From Catajapyx aquilonaris (taxonomy: Eukaryota), in NCBI GenBank assembly GCA_000934665.2, contig KZ538497.1, positions 46,276 to 66,275 of the forward strand: DNA of 20,000 bases, in the 5' to 3' direction. Position 1 is the stretch's first letter, and every line of letters begins with the position of its first letter. Shown in pieces: positions 1 to 10,385 of the stretch. The notes beneath the pieces were generated by a model. That model was not told the origin of the DNA, did no database searches, and worked only from the letters and a program-made list of their open reading frames with translations. The position numbers and the translations under genes are program-made.

Positions 1-3000
1 GCTTGTTCGTAAAAGGCTCAGCGGGAGGTAACACAGGGTGCTTTGTAATGATTCAGGCAAACTTCTAGCCAGGTGATTTCATGGGCATCATTCTATAACT
101 TGGAATAGTCATTAGGTTTCCACAGAGAGAAAAATGGCTTCTCAAACAATCATAATAAAGGTATAAAATATCCTCCGCACGACCTTGCCTTTATATATGC
201 TGTTCATTGTTTATTGTTATGAAAATAATATTTGAGAAAAATAATTCATTGAGAAGTTTGTCGTAATCGTTTTGCGTCAACTTATGGCTCGATGATATGC
301 ACATTGTGTTATTTTGCACCATTGGTTGTATAAGAGGCGCTTTGAGTTATTTTGTAAGCATAACAACCTTCTGAACTTTTGATCTTGTGTCCCCCGAAGC
401 ACTTTGGAGCTCTAATAAGTAATAATATTCTTGTAACTTGCGTCGATTTTGTTCCCACCAGTCTGTACCACACTGTATAATATGTAACTGGCTTATTATG
501 GCACACTTTATTATTAGCTCGGGTGATGAATGGCGATTGTACAAGCAATGCGAATCGGACACGACGCCACGTGTGACATTAGTCGATTATAGGGAGACCC
601 GGACACTTTTTTTCCCCCCTCCTAGTTGTCAATCATATGGGAGGGTGACAATTTTTTGGCTGTAATGAGGTTACGATTACCTGTCAACAGCAAGCTACTC
701 CGGTGATATTATATTCTCACGTGAAGTATCGTCTCACGCAGTAACATCCAATTTGGATAAAAATTACTGCTGCGTGTTAATGACAATAAGGCTGCAAGAT
801 TGGTCATATTTTATCTCCAGTGTGTACTTACACCGTACATTGAACGCTTGTAAGAAGTACAGTAAGTTATGGTCTGTTATTACAGGCCTCCGAGTATTCC
901 CAAGGGGCCACTGTCCTCATAGCTGGGGCATGTAAATAATTAAATAAATTAATTAATAATTTACACTATGTATGCGGGCGTGTCATGTGAAATGGTAAGG
1001 AAATGCCGCAAGTTGTTGCTTCCGGTTTCTACGTCATCGCTGGCTACTCCCGTGATAAATTAAAAATTAAAATAATCAGGAAATAAATGAATCAGTTCAG
1101 AAGAGTCGTTAAAGGTAATTAGTGAATGAGACAAACCACTTTGGTTGTATAAGTGTCAAGGATATTAAACTCGAACCGCTCCGATGCATATAGCAAGGCC
1201 TTAGTAGGTTCATTGAGGCTCAAGTTAATTAACACCAGCCTAATTAATAAGTCAGTGCCAGAAGGTGCGGTTGCGAATAACAGCCCTAATCACACATACA
1301 TTATAACAAGAGAAGGGAACGGAAAGCAAAAAGCATGCATCTGATTAATCGACAGCTAATTTCAGCAGAAGTGTGCCACACACACACAAAACTCGGGGTT
1401 CGAGTGAAGTGTTTGTCCGAATAATCAAAACCTCTCTGGGCGGCTCATTATAATTGCCAATTGGAGCTCGAACGGAGCCGGAGAAGAAAAGGATTCGGTG
1501 ATTGATCTTGATTTGTAACATGGGGGTCGGGAGAGGTCGCAAGAAGGGCGGAGTGGAGCAGAAGGTCAGGTCGCCTTGGGATAATAAGGGTCACGCGAAG
1601 GCTTTTTGGTCCTCGTAATTCACTCTGGCGAACCCCCCCTTTTTTATTCCCTTCTTCAGGCGAGAGCACAGAATAATAGCTATGGCGCGACACTTTGCAG
1701 CTTGCGGAGAAGGAAGTTGGGGGCAGAATTGGGGGTGTGACCCTTGGCCTCCTCAATAAGGCCGAACTTTATGACCTGGGGCCACCACACGCGACAGACA
1801 TTCAGGCTCAGGCTCAACTCCACACCTGAACTGGACATCTATGGATATGCCATACGATTTTGTTTCAAACATGTTGAAGAAGAAAAAAAAGGATCTATAT
1901 GAATGTGTTTTTTTTCTTACAAACTTTTGAGATTTACACATTGAAAGTAGTTATTCCCCTAAGAGCAATCTGTGCGTGTCGACCCCCCTCCAAAAACTCT
2001 CTCATTCCCTCCCTCCCTCAAAAAAAAATAAAGGAACCAAGCTTCCGTTTGAGAATTTGCCTTGCTAAAATTTTGTCCCACTTTTCCGCTTTGTGTAGCC
2101 TCAAGATATGGGCCACGTTTCAGCCAAATTAGTTTTAACAATGCTGCTTGCTACCCGCTACTAAAATGTCTTGTATAATATTATGCAGTACTCGATTTTT
2201 ATTCCATGTGAGTCGCTTATTCTTGTTGGAGTAAACCTCATTTTTTGCGGTAATTAATGGCGTCGTGTCACTTATTTTAGGCAGTAATCGCGCATTTTAA
2301 TGGCGAATTAAAATTAGCGTGCGCATTTTTTTGTTTTTAAAAAAAGGTTGCACGCAAGTAGTACCATCAATCAGAGGTAACTAGCATTTTTTTTCGAGTG
2401 GGTGAGGGGAGGTGTGGTTTGAGCCAAACTTCCTTGCAATCGCTTCATCAAGGTCTGCATAGTGCATTTGGCAGCTTATTACATGTACAGTATTAAACAT
2501 GCACGTTACACAAAAAAAGAGGAAGACTTCATATACGTCTCACGTCGCATTAAATGTCACGATATTGAGCTAATTGCAGTTCTGAAATCTTATATTCTGA
2601 AACAATGGAGCGGAAACTTGGAACTGCCAAATATGAAAATCGACTTACTGTACAAAAACCGTGCTTCATACAGACCTTGTTTAAAGTTTGCTGACTTTTA
2701 CTGCAGTAAGATTCTACGGTTATTGCAAAAGTTTCATCGCACTCGACTGTCAAAAAAAACCCGGTTTGCGAAACGCAGCCATTCAATAAAAAATGAATAT
2801 GAAAAATGACTTTTATGGGACTAAAATAGAATAAGGTGCCAGTGAAGCCAACCTAAAATAAATGCGAATAGTTGACCTGTTCAGTGTCCTGCGAATGACC
2901 ACAACATCTCCAGGGCCTGCGGGTATTGACCAATTCGCGCCCGTCTGAATGGTCCTCGTCCAATGTTCTCCTTCTTCCCCCAGCATGTCATTCCCTATTC

Positions 3001-3525
3001 TTTCCTTCTGTGGAAGCGACGAAAAGGAGCCGCAGGAGAAGGACGGTAGAGCGAAACTAAGCGCAAGAAATGAATAATTTAAGTTTTTTTTTGCATTTTA
3101 ATTTCCTGGGGCCCGTGTGTGCATCAGGCAGGTATGTCTGAGTTTTACGAGTGCTCGCCCAGGGTCGTAAAGAGGGGCCATGCCCTCTTGCCCGGACACC
3201 TGGATGGCTTTCCCCAGCCCTTATGGAGTCTCCCTATACGAGCCTATGCGGGAATTAGTGCTCTTACAACCTGCGTAGTAGTACATCTCGTCTGCCTTTC
3301 CAAGAGACCACCACTCGCATTCATTCTTCCTTCTCTTGTTCTTTCTACACACACCAACTGCATTACACCCCCCCCCCTTTTCTCTTACTGCTCCTTTCTC
3401 TCTCTCCTTTTTTTTGTTATCCGGAAGCACACAATCGCCTCGGAATGTCCGGAACAATAGTGGGCCCAGACCTATACAATATAGCCCATCTGCGAATTCT
3501 TGACGCGCACTACATTCTTCCTTTT

Positions 3526-3542
3526 GNGGGGGGGGGGGGGGG
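3526..3542. other. Poly-G run containing an N (assembly uncertainty or possible contig join)
   Basis: ttttgnggggggggggggggg, with the N at 3527. Confidence 0.8.
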
Positions 3543-3654
3543 CAATTTGTAGACATTACCTTGACGAAATCGGTTATGCAAGAGATATGTTATTGACTGC
3601 GTTTGCGATGAATTCTGAGGAGCTGCAAAATTGACCCGCTGGAAGAGTACGATA

Positions 3655-4117
3655 GGTCCTATAGCCTACATTTTGCAAACCCATGCAAAAAAAACAGTGC
3701 TGATTTTTAAATGAATTTTGGTGCTTTTTGCTTGAAGAAATACGTATTCGTTTTCGAGCTATGACGTCACTGTGGCTCAACAGATCGGTGCAGAGGTAGG
3801 AACGCACCCTGCTTTGTTCCTTTGTTTATTTGCTTTGTTGGCACGCCTACCAACCGAATCTAACGACCGCCAGTAGAGCAGGTGATTCGGTCTGATGACG
3901 TCACTGCCGTTAGGCAGGAGCAGGAATGCGCCCTTTAGGCCACGCCCACTTTGTTCCCGCCAATTTGAGAGTGACTTTTAAACCCACGATAATTTCTCGA
4001 AGAATGACATTGAGTATGGAATGCTTGTTGACATGTATGGTTGAGCTATTTGCGTGCCCAAATCAAATCCAACACTTTGATATAATGAGAAAAAAATCAA
4101 TCTCTTTTGACACCCTG
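3655..4117. mobile_element. Interspersed repeat copy 1: non-autonomous DNA transposon (MITE-like) fragment with a Tc1/mariner-type right end
   Basis: Colinear similarity to 16611-17070 over ~430 bp, including the identical 25-mer GGAATGCGCCCTTTAGGCCACGCCC (3923-3947 / 16906-16930). Ends in GACACCCTG followed by TA (4118-4119). The matching left TIR was not seen. Confidence 0.8.
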
Positions 4118-4144
4118 TACATTTTGTCATCTTTATCTTCTCAG

Positions 4145-4313
4145 TATGTGGCAGCGGTATGGTAGAGGGCCAGGAGACTTCTGTCTCTTCAACGAAGGAA
4201 AACACCTGCGCCAAGAACAGACTCCTGGGCTGCATGAGAGAGCTGCATGCTCTCACATCCGACCAGAAGCTGGCCTTTGCAGCCTCCGAAGAGGAGCTCG
4301 ACACTGTCTGCGG
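4145..4313 (+). CDS. Coding exon A (end of probable signal peptide and first three Cys of repeat 1)
   Basis: Acceptor ttttgtcatctttatcttctcAG (AG 4143-4144) and donor GG|GTATGA at 4314. Encodes CGSGMVEG-QETS...CAKNRLLGC...FAASEEELDTVC. Overlaps ORF-track 4159..4347. Confidence 0.85.
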
Positions 4314-7300
4314 GTATGATCACATTGTAATAATTATAATCCTATAGGGAAAAAAAGGCTTTCAAAGTCTCTCGAACTTTGCATAGTTCTCATCTGATGG
4401 GGCTGCCTTGAAGAATGTTCAGGAATACATCACCGATTCTCAACGCCCCATTAACGGTATATTGGATTTCCGGAATAGGTTCATTACTGCAGCACATTGT
4501 CATGCCTGCAGTGCATACACGCTCAGAAAAATTTGGAAGGGGCCACTTATCCTACTAATGTGGACATGGTGTGGTTATGTGTATATAGGGAACACGATCA
4601 TGCAGAGCGGGTTTCGTGCCTGCAGAACCTGTCCCAAATTTTTGTAGGATTTCAAGCTTGCCGTGTCCAAAGGAAAATCCTTCCGCCTAATAGTACAGCG
4701 TACAATTTCTTACCAGACACCAAATTGTAGCACATGTCTTGCTCTGACAAGAAAATGCGGCGGACATGAAGTTTATCCGTTGTGCCGGACCATTAATCAG
4801 AGTTTGCCACCAGTTATTTGTCAGGTTGTAGTTAGGTGGTCCGACGAGAAAGAGTTGTTTTGATCTGGAGGAACACAAGGACCCATGGTATTACGATGTG
4901 GGGGGCAAATGAGAGATGGAGATTTGATCCGGGATAAGTGTCGACAGCACTCGGGTTCACAGTTTGGGAGGAGGGATCTGGACCCATCCCGATGCCATCA
5001 TCTGGACTCAAGATGGATGGTCCAAAAGGCTACAAAAAAAACCGGGGACTATGTGTACATTACTCTGAACAGCAGGACAGGAAGTTATAGCCCCCTTTTT
5101 TTGTAGCCAGAGGTCAGCTTCATTCACAGGGGTTGCCAAAAAAAGGATCACTGTGTTGTTTATTGTTGAAAGCTTGCTTTTCTAGCTTGAAAATGTTTCC
5201 TGGCAAAGCATCCCCGAGCAAACTTTGTCAGTTTTGGGCGGGCGGGTTCAAAACGGTAATAATTGTAACGAGAGTTTTGGAGCCAAAGTTCGCACATATC
5301 CTTCTTTCCCTGGTGCACTATTTTCCATTCCGGCTGCAAACCCGCGATAATGCTACTCCTGAGAGTAAAATCCATAACTATTCTTGAATAATTCAGCATT
5401 TTGCAAGTCGCGGGATGCCAAGGAAACCCTTCCCGCCCCCCCCTTCGTATCGAAACCAGAATAATTCACAGGTACTTACACCTCATCTCCCCCCCGCTTA
5501 TTTATTATTCGTCCATTGCCACTTATACTCCCATGAAAGCCGTTCAAATAATCGAGCCTTGTGCTAATAATAATAAGAATCGCTTTAAGCCGTCCATGAT
5601 TTAGTAGACAAGTGCTCTTGTGTGCAAGCCAGATAATGCCAAACGGTCTCATTACCCTTGCTTTTTCGGGCATCATACAATAGGGGCTTGCCACCTATGC
5701 CCTTTAACAGCTTTCAAAAGAAGGATTAGTTGCACTTCACCAGTGACCTTTGACCTCCATTTTCAATGTGTGTTAGATTCCTCCGCCCAACCTTTTATCC
5801 CCAAGTTGGACCTAGAGGAGTAGGACAGAAAAGGATATTATAGAGATGATGTCTCTCCCTCATGAAAGGATATATTTTTGAGATTTGGGGAGCCCTAGGA
5901 GTTGGGCATTAGGAAAGGCGCACTATCGATCTTCATTAGGAAGTGGGACCCCCTAGCGATTAATCAGAGGAACAAAAGGCGCATTAATTTCCTCCGTCTC
6001 ATTTGCCTCTGGATTTCGGGAGCGATGAGGAGCCGAGTTCGAGAGAGAGAAGGAGAAAGAGAAAAGAGAATTGTTGCCCCGAATAATATTGTGCATGTAC
6101 AGGGTGACTTCAAAACATTGGCTGCTATTCCCCTCCAAAAAAATGTTTCGGACAAACTGTTGTCATGTACTGTCCGAAACATTTTTTGGGGGAGACTAAG
6201 TTGCATGTAGTTGACAAGTGTGCGTCATATGCAGGACTCTGAGAGGAGGCATCGACTGCGTGGAGTCGTTCGTGCGCCGATGCTTCTCGCCGAAGCAGCG
6301 CAAGAAATATCAGCACATCATCGGCAGCACTCTCGACGTCATCGAGGACCTGTGTCAACAGGGACCTTTCCGAGCCAGTGAGTCTCTCTTGCCACTCTTT
6401 CCCCATCGACCTGCACAAGGACACCCTCCACTCAACCTCTCTGTATAAGTCCTGAGGAGTAGTCCTTTCTCCCGGTCCACATTCGTGTCAATGTCTATTG
6501 ATCTCTTACGGACCCTTCCACCCCCTGGGACTTGATGAATGAATAACAGGAGGAAGAAAAACACAAGCTCGTCACGAATTCAAACAGCTGGTTTAACCAA
6601 AAGGAGTACACGACGTTGCATTAACCATTTGCGCACATGTTCTGCGCATGCAACCTACGCGCACTAAATCTGCGCAGCTAGCCTGTCAACGCCAGCTACA
6701 ATAATGTAAACGTCAATAATTACACACTGATTATGATTGCACGGTGGCATTTACCTCTTAATTCATTAACTGCGCAGTAATTTTTCGGGTCAGTAGCATT
6801 AAAAGTTAATTTCACACATCGTTAGTTTATTTGGTGTCGATCAAATTCAGGGTCGCCCTTATTTACTCTCACGGATGACAAGCTCCTCTAATCACTTTTG
6901 TACATCAGCTGCACGGTAACAAGTCATATTGTTGTACTGTGCGGAAAGATACTGGCAAAAACTCACTTTTGAAGACACGAAGGGCACATTGGAATGATTT
7001 GAAAAATTCTCATATTTTGAAGTTTGATTGTACAACTTGCACTTGTGGTAGTAACACAAATTTTTTTTGAACGTATAACTGGCTAAAATTATTCTTTGCT
7101 GTAATTTTGACTACTACCGCAAAAGTCAAAATAAGGACAAGCGCCCCTCTGAACAAAACATGCGCTAACTTAATTGTTATTCCTGTAAAAACACCACTGC
7201 TTTTCCACCCCCCAGCATCCATCGCACAAAAGGCAAAAGTTTGATCAGAAAATAATAGACAGTGAGTGACATTCTATTCCTTGTGACAAAAGCCAACCCT

Positions 7301-9221
7301 TTTTTTGTGTGTGTAACGTGTACTTAACATGGCTTCAGGGAGAAGCGAGGGCATCAAGTGAAGCCATGTGAAGCGTTGCTCTTGCCGGTAATTAGCGTGG
7401 TAGTACCTAATTAATAAATTGTAGGGGACCCAACCTATATAACGAGTGGCAGCAGCAGGGAACGAAGGGATAAAGGCTATTTTTTTAGTGAACCCTGTGT
7501 TTGTGGGTGGTGTCCCATTAGTGTTTTTCTGGGCTCCCTTGATACATAAAAAGAGAGGGTTGGACTTGGACCATTCTTGCTTTTTTTGAAGGTTTCCTGC
7601 AACACGTGGGCTGCTTCCGAAACGCGTCCACGGATTTGCACAAGTGCGGGAGACATTACCTGCGCATAGTGCGTCACATGGAGGACGCAGAGGACGCAGA
7701 AACTGCATGGAGATCATGCTGGTAAGGACACAACTTTTGGCATGAAGGACACCGAACTTAAAGTAGTACTTGCATGTAATTGCCAATTTGAAACCTGTTG
7801 GAGTTTCCGGCGGAGTTGTGTACCTCTCTCTGGGGAATTATGATGATTTTGATGTGTGTAGCACAGTGGAGTGCACAGTGATAACTTGTCACTTTGTGAC
7901 AGCTTTGCATGCACGGGATGATTCTGCCAGGTTTAAAGCGTACAGGGTTTGACACATCGATTTTTTTTCCCCAGCCCTCGCACAATAAAATTAGGCGAGC
8001 TTTATCTGTACAGGCGTCCTATACTCCACCTTTGTAAATACTAGTGACATCCCTCCTAGACCTGCCATACATACCTGCCAATTTTTTTTAAAAAAAGTGT
8101 AGCAGAAAAGCAGGCTGCCAATGGGAAAACAATTAACCTTATTCCAATGGAATCGTGTCGATCGCATAAAAATAAACAAAATCAGAACATGACTTTTATA
8201 CTCTCTCGGTTAAATGAGAATCATATTAATCGTTTGGTATTGTACACAACTTGCAAAAGCCATGACTTTCATCTGTTAAAGCCAGTGACATGAACTGTTC
8301 ATCATATGTCATGTGTTCATAAATATGTTTGCTTCAAAAATGTACGTCAGTGCATCTGGCATCAGAAGGATGGATGGTTGGGCCTCTGCCATATGCAGGG
8401 AATTGGGTTACGGCAATGCTCCTGATTAATTAATTATACTGACCGGACATTACACCGCAGTACAGTACTGCTAATAAACAGAGCTCATAAAGTTGGCTCC
8501 AAAGCTCAGAGTACAGGTTAAAGTCTTTGGCATGTTTAGCTACATTTTCAAGTCCCGAAAAAAAAATCATATTTTTTGGGGGGGGGGGGGGAGGTCATGA
8601 GAAACTGGTAATTAGTGAGTGCCACAATTTTGCTTCGGAGTATAGCAGAGGCATGTTAATTAGCAGCAGGTGTAGCATCACAAATTCGCCGCAAATGGGC
8701 CCGCACTTCCATCCATCCGTGTTCACTTACATTTGTGTGGGTGCGGGTATGTACAACCCACTTTCATGCAGAATTTTGAAAATATATTATTCTTCTGGCC
8801 TCAACACCACTTTTTCGTCTGAACAAAATATTTGATGCTTACGTACATTTTCCTGGATATATGTCTTGGTGGTCCATTGCGGATTTTTTCCCGCCCCGTT
8901 TTAAATTTTTCCAGCGCATACAGCGAGCTGGTGGCCTGCAGCAACCGAAGGATCATGCAGGACTGTGGTCCAGAGGCTGCAGATTTCGTCTCCGAATACA
9001 CGAGAAGAGCAGCTGGATCAGTCATCCAGAACCACTGCGCCAGATTCCGTCTGGAGCCGACGGACTGCTCCTTCTTCACATCCTCAGCATCCTCAGCATC
9101 CACATCATCCGCATCCTCCTCCGTCCTCTTCTTCCCTCTCCCTCTGCTCTCCCTCCTTCTCTTCCTCTTTTGGTCACCTGCCCTCTTCTTCTTCTTCGTG
9201 TACACGCCTCTTCTCAAATAA
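4145..9221 (+). CDS. Spliced gene (join 4145-4313, 6235-6377, 7592-7721, 8915-9221; 5' partial) encoding a Cys-rich, probably GPI-anchored cell-surface protein of an uncharacterised invertebrate family
   Basis: Four exons with GT-AG boundaries and matching phases (1/2, 2/1, 1/2, 2/stop) splice into one stop-free frame: xCGSGMVEGQETSVSSTKENTCAKNRLLGCMRELHALTSDQKLAFAASEEELDTVCGTLRGGIDCVESFVRRCFSPKQRKKYQHIIGSTLDVIEDLCQQGPFRASFLQHVGCFRNASTDLHKCGRHYLRIVRHMEDAEDAETAWRSCCAYSELVACSNRRIMQDCGPEAADFVSEYTRRAAGSVIQNHCARFRLEPTDCSFFTSSASSASTSSASSSVLFFPLPLLSLLLFLFWSPALFFFFVYTPLLK*. It has regular Cys spacing, a Ser/Ala linker and a hydrophobic C-terminus. The pattern matches, from memory, a widespread uncharacterised arthropod family (PANTHER PTHR33964-type, not verified by search). 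Confidence 0.88.
5028..5108. repeat. 81-bp element bounded by terminal inverted repeats (mini-MITE or fold-back)
   Basis: The left end GGCTACAAAAAAAACCGGGGACTAT matches the reverse complement of the right end, GGCTACAAAAAAAGGGGGCTAT (first 13 bp perfect). No clear TSD. Confidence 0.55.
6098..6194. repeat. TA-CAGGGTG transposon-like end followed by a 17-bp perfect-stem hairpin
   Basis: TACAGGGTG at 6098-6106. AAAAAATGTTTCGGACA (6138-6154) pairs with TGTCCGAAACATTTTTT (6171-6187) around a 16-nt loop, extendable by flanking C and G runs. Confidence 0.65.
6235..6377 (+). CDS. Coding exon B (second half of repeat 1)
   Basis: Acceptor atatgcAG (6233-6234) and strong donor A|GTGAGT at 6378. Encodes TLRGGIDCVESFVRRCFSPKQRKKYQHIIGSTLDVIEDLCQQGPFRA with GC3-rich codons. 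The phase-2 start fits exon A. Confidence 0.9.
7592..7721 (+). CDS. Coding exon C (first half of repeat 2); absent from the ORF track
   Basis: Acceptor ttcttgctttttttgaAG (7590-7591) and donor TG|GTAAGG at 7722. Encodes (S)FLQHVGCFRNASTDLHKCGRHYLRIVRHMEDAEDAETAWRSC(C). Both phases fit the neighbouring exons. N-glycosylation sequon NAS at 7621-7629. Confidence 0.87.
8915..9221 (+). CDS. Terminal coding exon D (end of repeat 2, Ser/Ala linker, hydrophobic GPI-signal/TM tail)
   Basis: Acceptor aaatttttccAG (8913-8914). The phase-2 start completes the CC doublet. Encodes AYSELVAC...DCGPEAADF...NHC...DCSFFTSSASSASTSSASSSVLFFPLPLLSLLLFLFW...K. Stop TAA at 9219-9221. Confidence 0.9.
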
Positions 9222-9222
9222 A
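9217..9222 (+). promoter_or_regulatory. Possible polyadenylation signal AATAAA overlapping the stop codon
   Basis: The sequence ctc aAA TAA Aaaag contains AATAAA, with T-rich sequence downstream. Motif only. Confidence 0.3.
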
Positions 9223-10385
9223 AAAGACACTTTCCAAAACACTATTCTTTTACCTTCTGATTTACAGTGGGTTTGACACGCGCCGTTTTGACGTTTAGGA
9301 CCCGAGTAATTGGGCCAGAAGTGGAGCACAATGCGGCGTGACTCGTAATGTTGTTTATTACCGCCATATTTAAAAAGAAACCTTGCCGGGGACAGTAAAA
9401 AAAAAGCGTTGCAAAGTTTGACAACTTCCGGATGAACAGTTTGAAAAAGTTTGAGCACTAGTTTTACTGCCAATAAGTTACAGGTTTTGCTTTTACGTGC
9501 GTTGCGGTACAGATACTTTGCAGTAAGGAAGTCGAGCCCCATTTATCACGTGGAAAAAAAGCTCTGGACTAATGGCCACAGACCACAGGTGTCAAAACAC
9601 CTCATTAATCCCCATACATTTGAGTCAAAATTGGCTCAATCTGAGAACAAACACAATAACTCTGGGAAACCCGATGAAAATTCTCCTGCAAATGGGTAAC
9701 TGAATATCTGGCCCCAGTAACTCCATGGAAAAAGTAGGTGGGAATTGGCCGAGATGGAGGAGACCAGGAGTGAAAAGGCGACGGAGGAGTGAATTTAAAT
9801 CAGATGGTTATTATGGAAGCGACTGAGGGACGGAATGCGTAAGGGGGGGTGAAAAAAAGAAAGATTTTTATCCGCATCAGCCGTCAAGTCCGATCGATTC
9901 TGAAGGAATGAGGTGCAAGGGAGAGAGGGTTACACAGTGGTAAAGGTAGAAGAGGAAGAGAAGACAAGAGTTCCTTTCCACATGTCTTGTTGAGATTCCT
10001 CTTCATTCCTCACACACTCCTGTTGCGAATCCAGGACTCGTAAAGGGATCACCGTCTGCGAGGAAATCAACTCCGATCGAGTTTCCTCGCCCTAGATGCC
10101 CTCCAGGGACAGGAGTGCACATCCTTTGATTACCAACCGCTGCCATTGGTGCAAAAACCGTCCAATTAAAACACTGCCCTCATTATTGGGGTAGGGAAAA
10201 AATAGCTTAAGTTAACGCTCCTAAAATCAGCAAAAATTGATGTATAACCATCGTGTACAATATTCCGCTAAAGAAATAATATTTAAGAAATTTCTTTGAA
10301 CAAATTTTTTCGCAGGTATTCAGGTGAGGTGTTATCCGCGATTTGTGCTGTCAAAGGTTGATTTGGCGTTGATAAATATTCACAG

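Noticed and set aside
1390..1410. GGTTCGAG resembling a tRNA/SINE B-box
   Set aside because: No A-box at the right spacing, no T-arm stem and no cloverleaf.
1448..1756. Minus-strand 102-aa Pro/Ser-rich ORF considered as a retroelement fragment
   Set aside because: No gag, RT or integrase motifs and no LTR pair were seen.
4483..4500. ITAAHC in ORF 4408..4647, matching the trypsin His active-site pattern
   Set aside because: No upstream CGG motif and no catalytic Asp or GDSGG segment was found. It lies in an intron without exon boundaries, so it is a likely chance match.
7274..7786. Longest ORF in the track (170 aa, minus strand)
   Set aside because: It is antisense to exon C, has no recognisable motifs, and has a non-coding-like composition.
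8801..9217. Minus-strand 138-aa K/R/E/D-rich ORF, plus the alternative + frames at 8861 and 8965
   Set aside because: These are shadows of the CT-rich terminal exon encoding the Ser linker and hydrophobic tail.
10058..10090. Hairpin GCGAGGAAA...TTTCCTCGC
   Set aside because: A 9-bp stem is expected by chance in 20 kb, and the eukaryotic context rules out a terminator.
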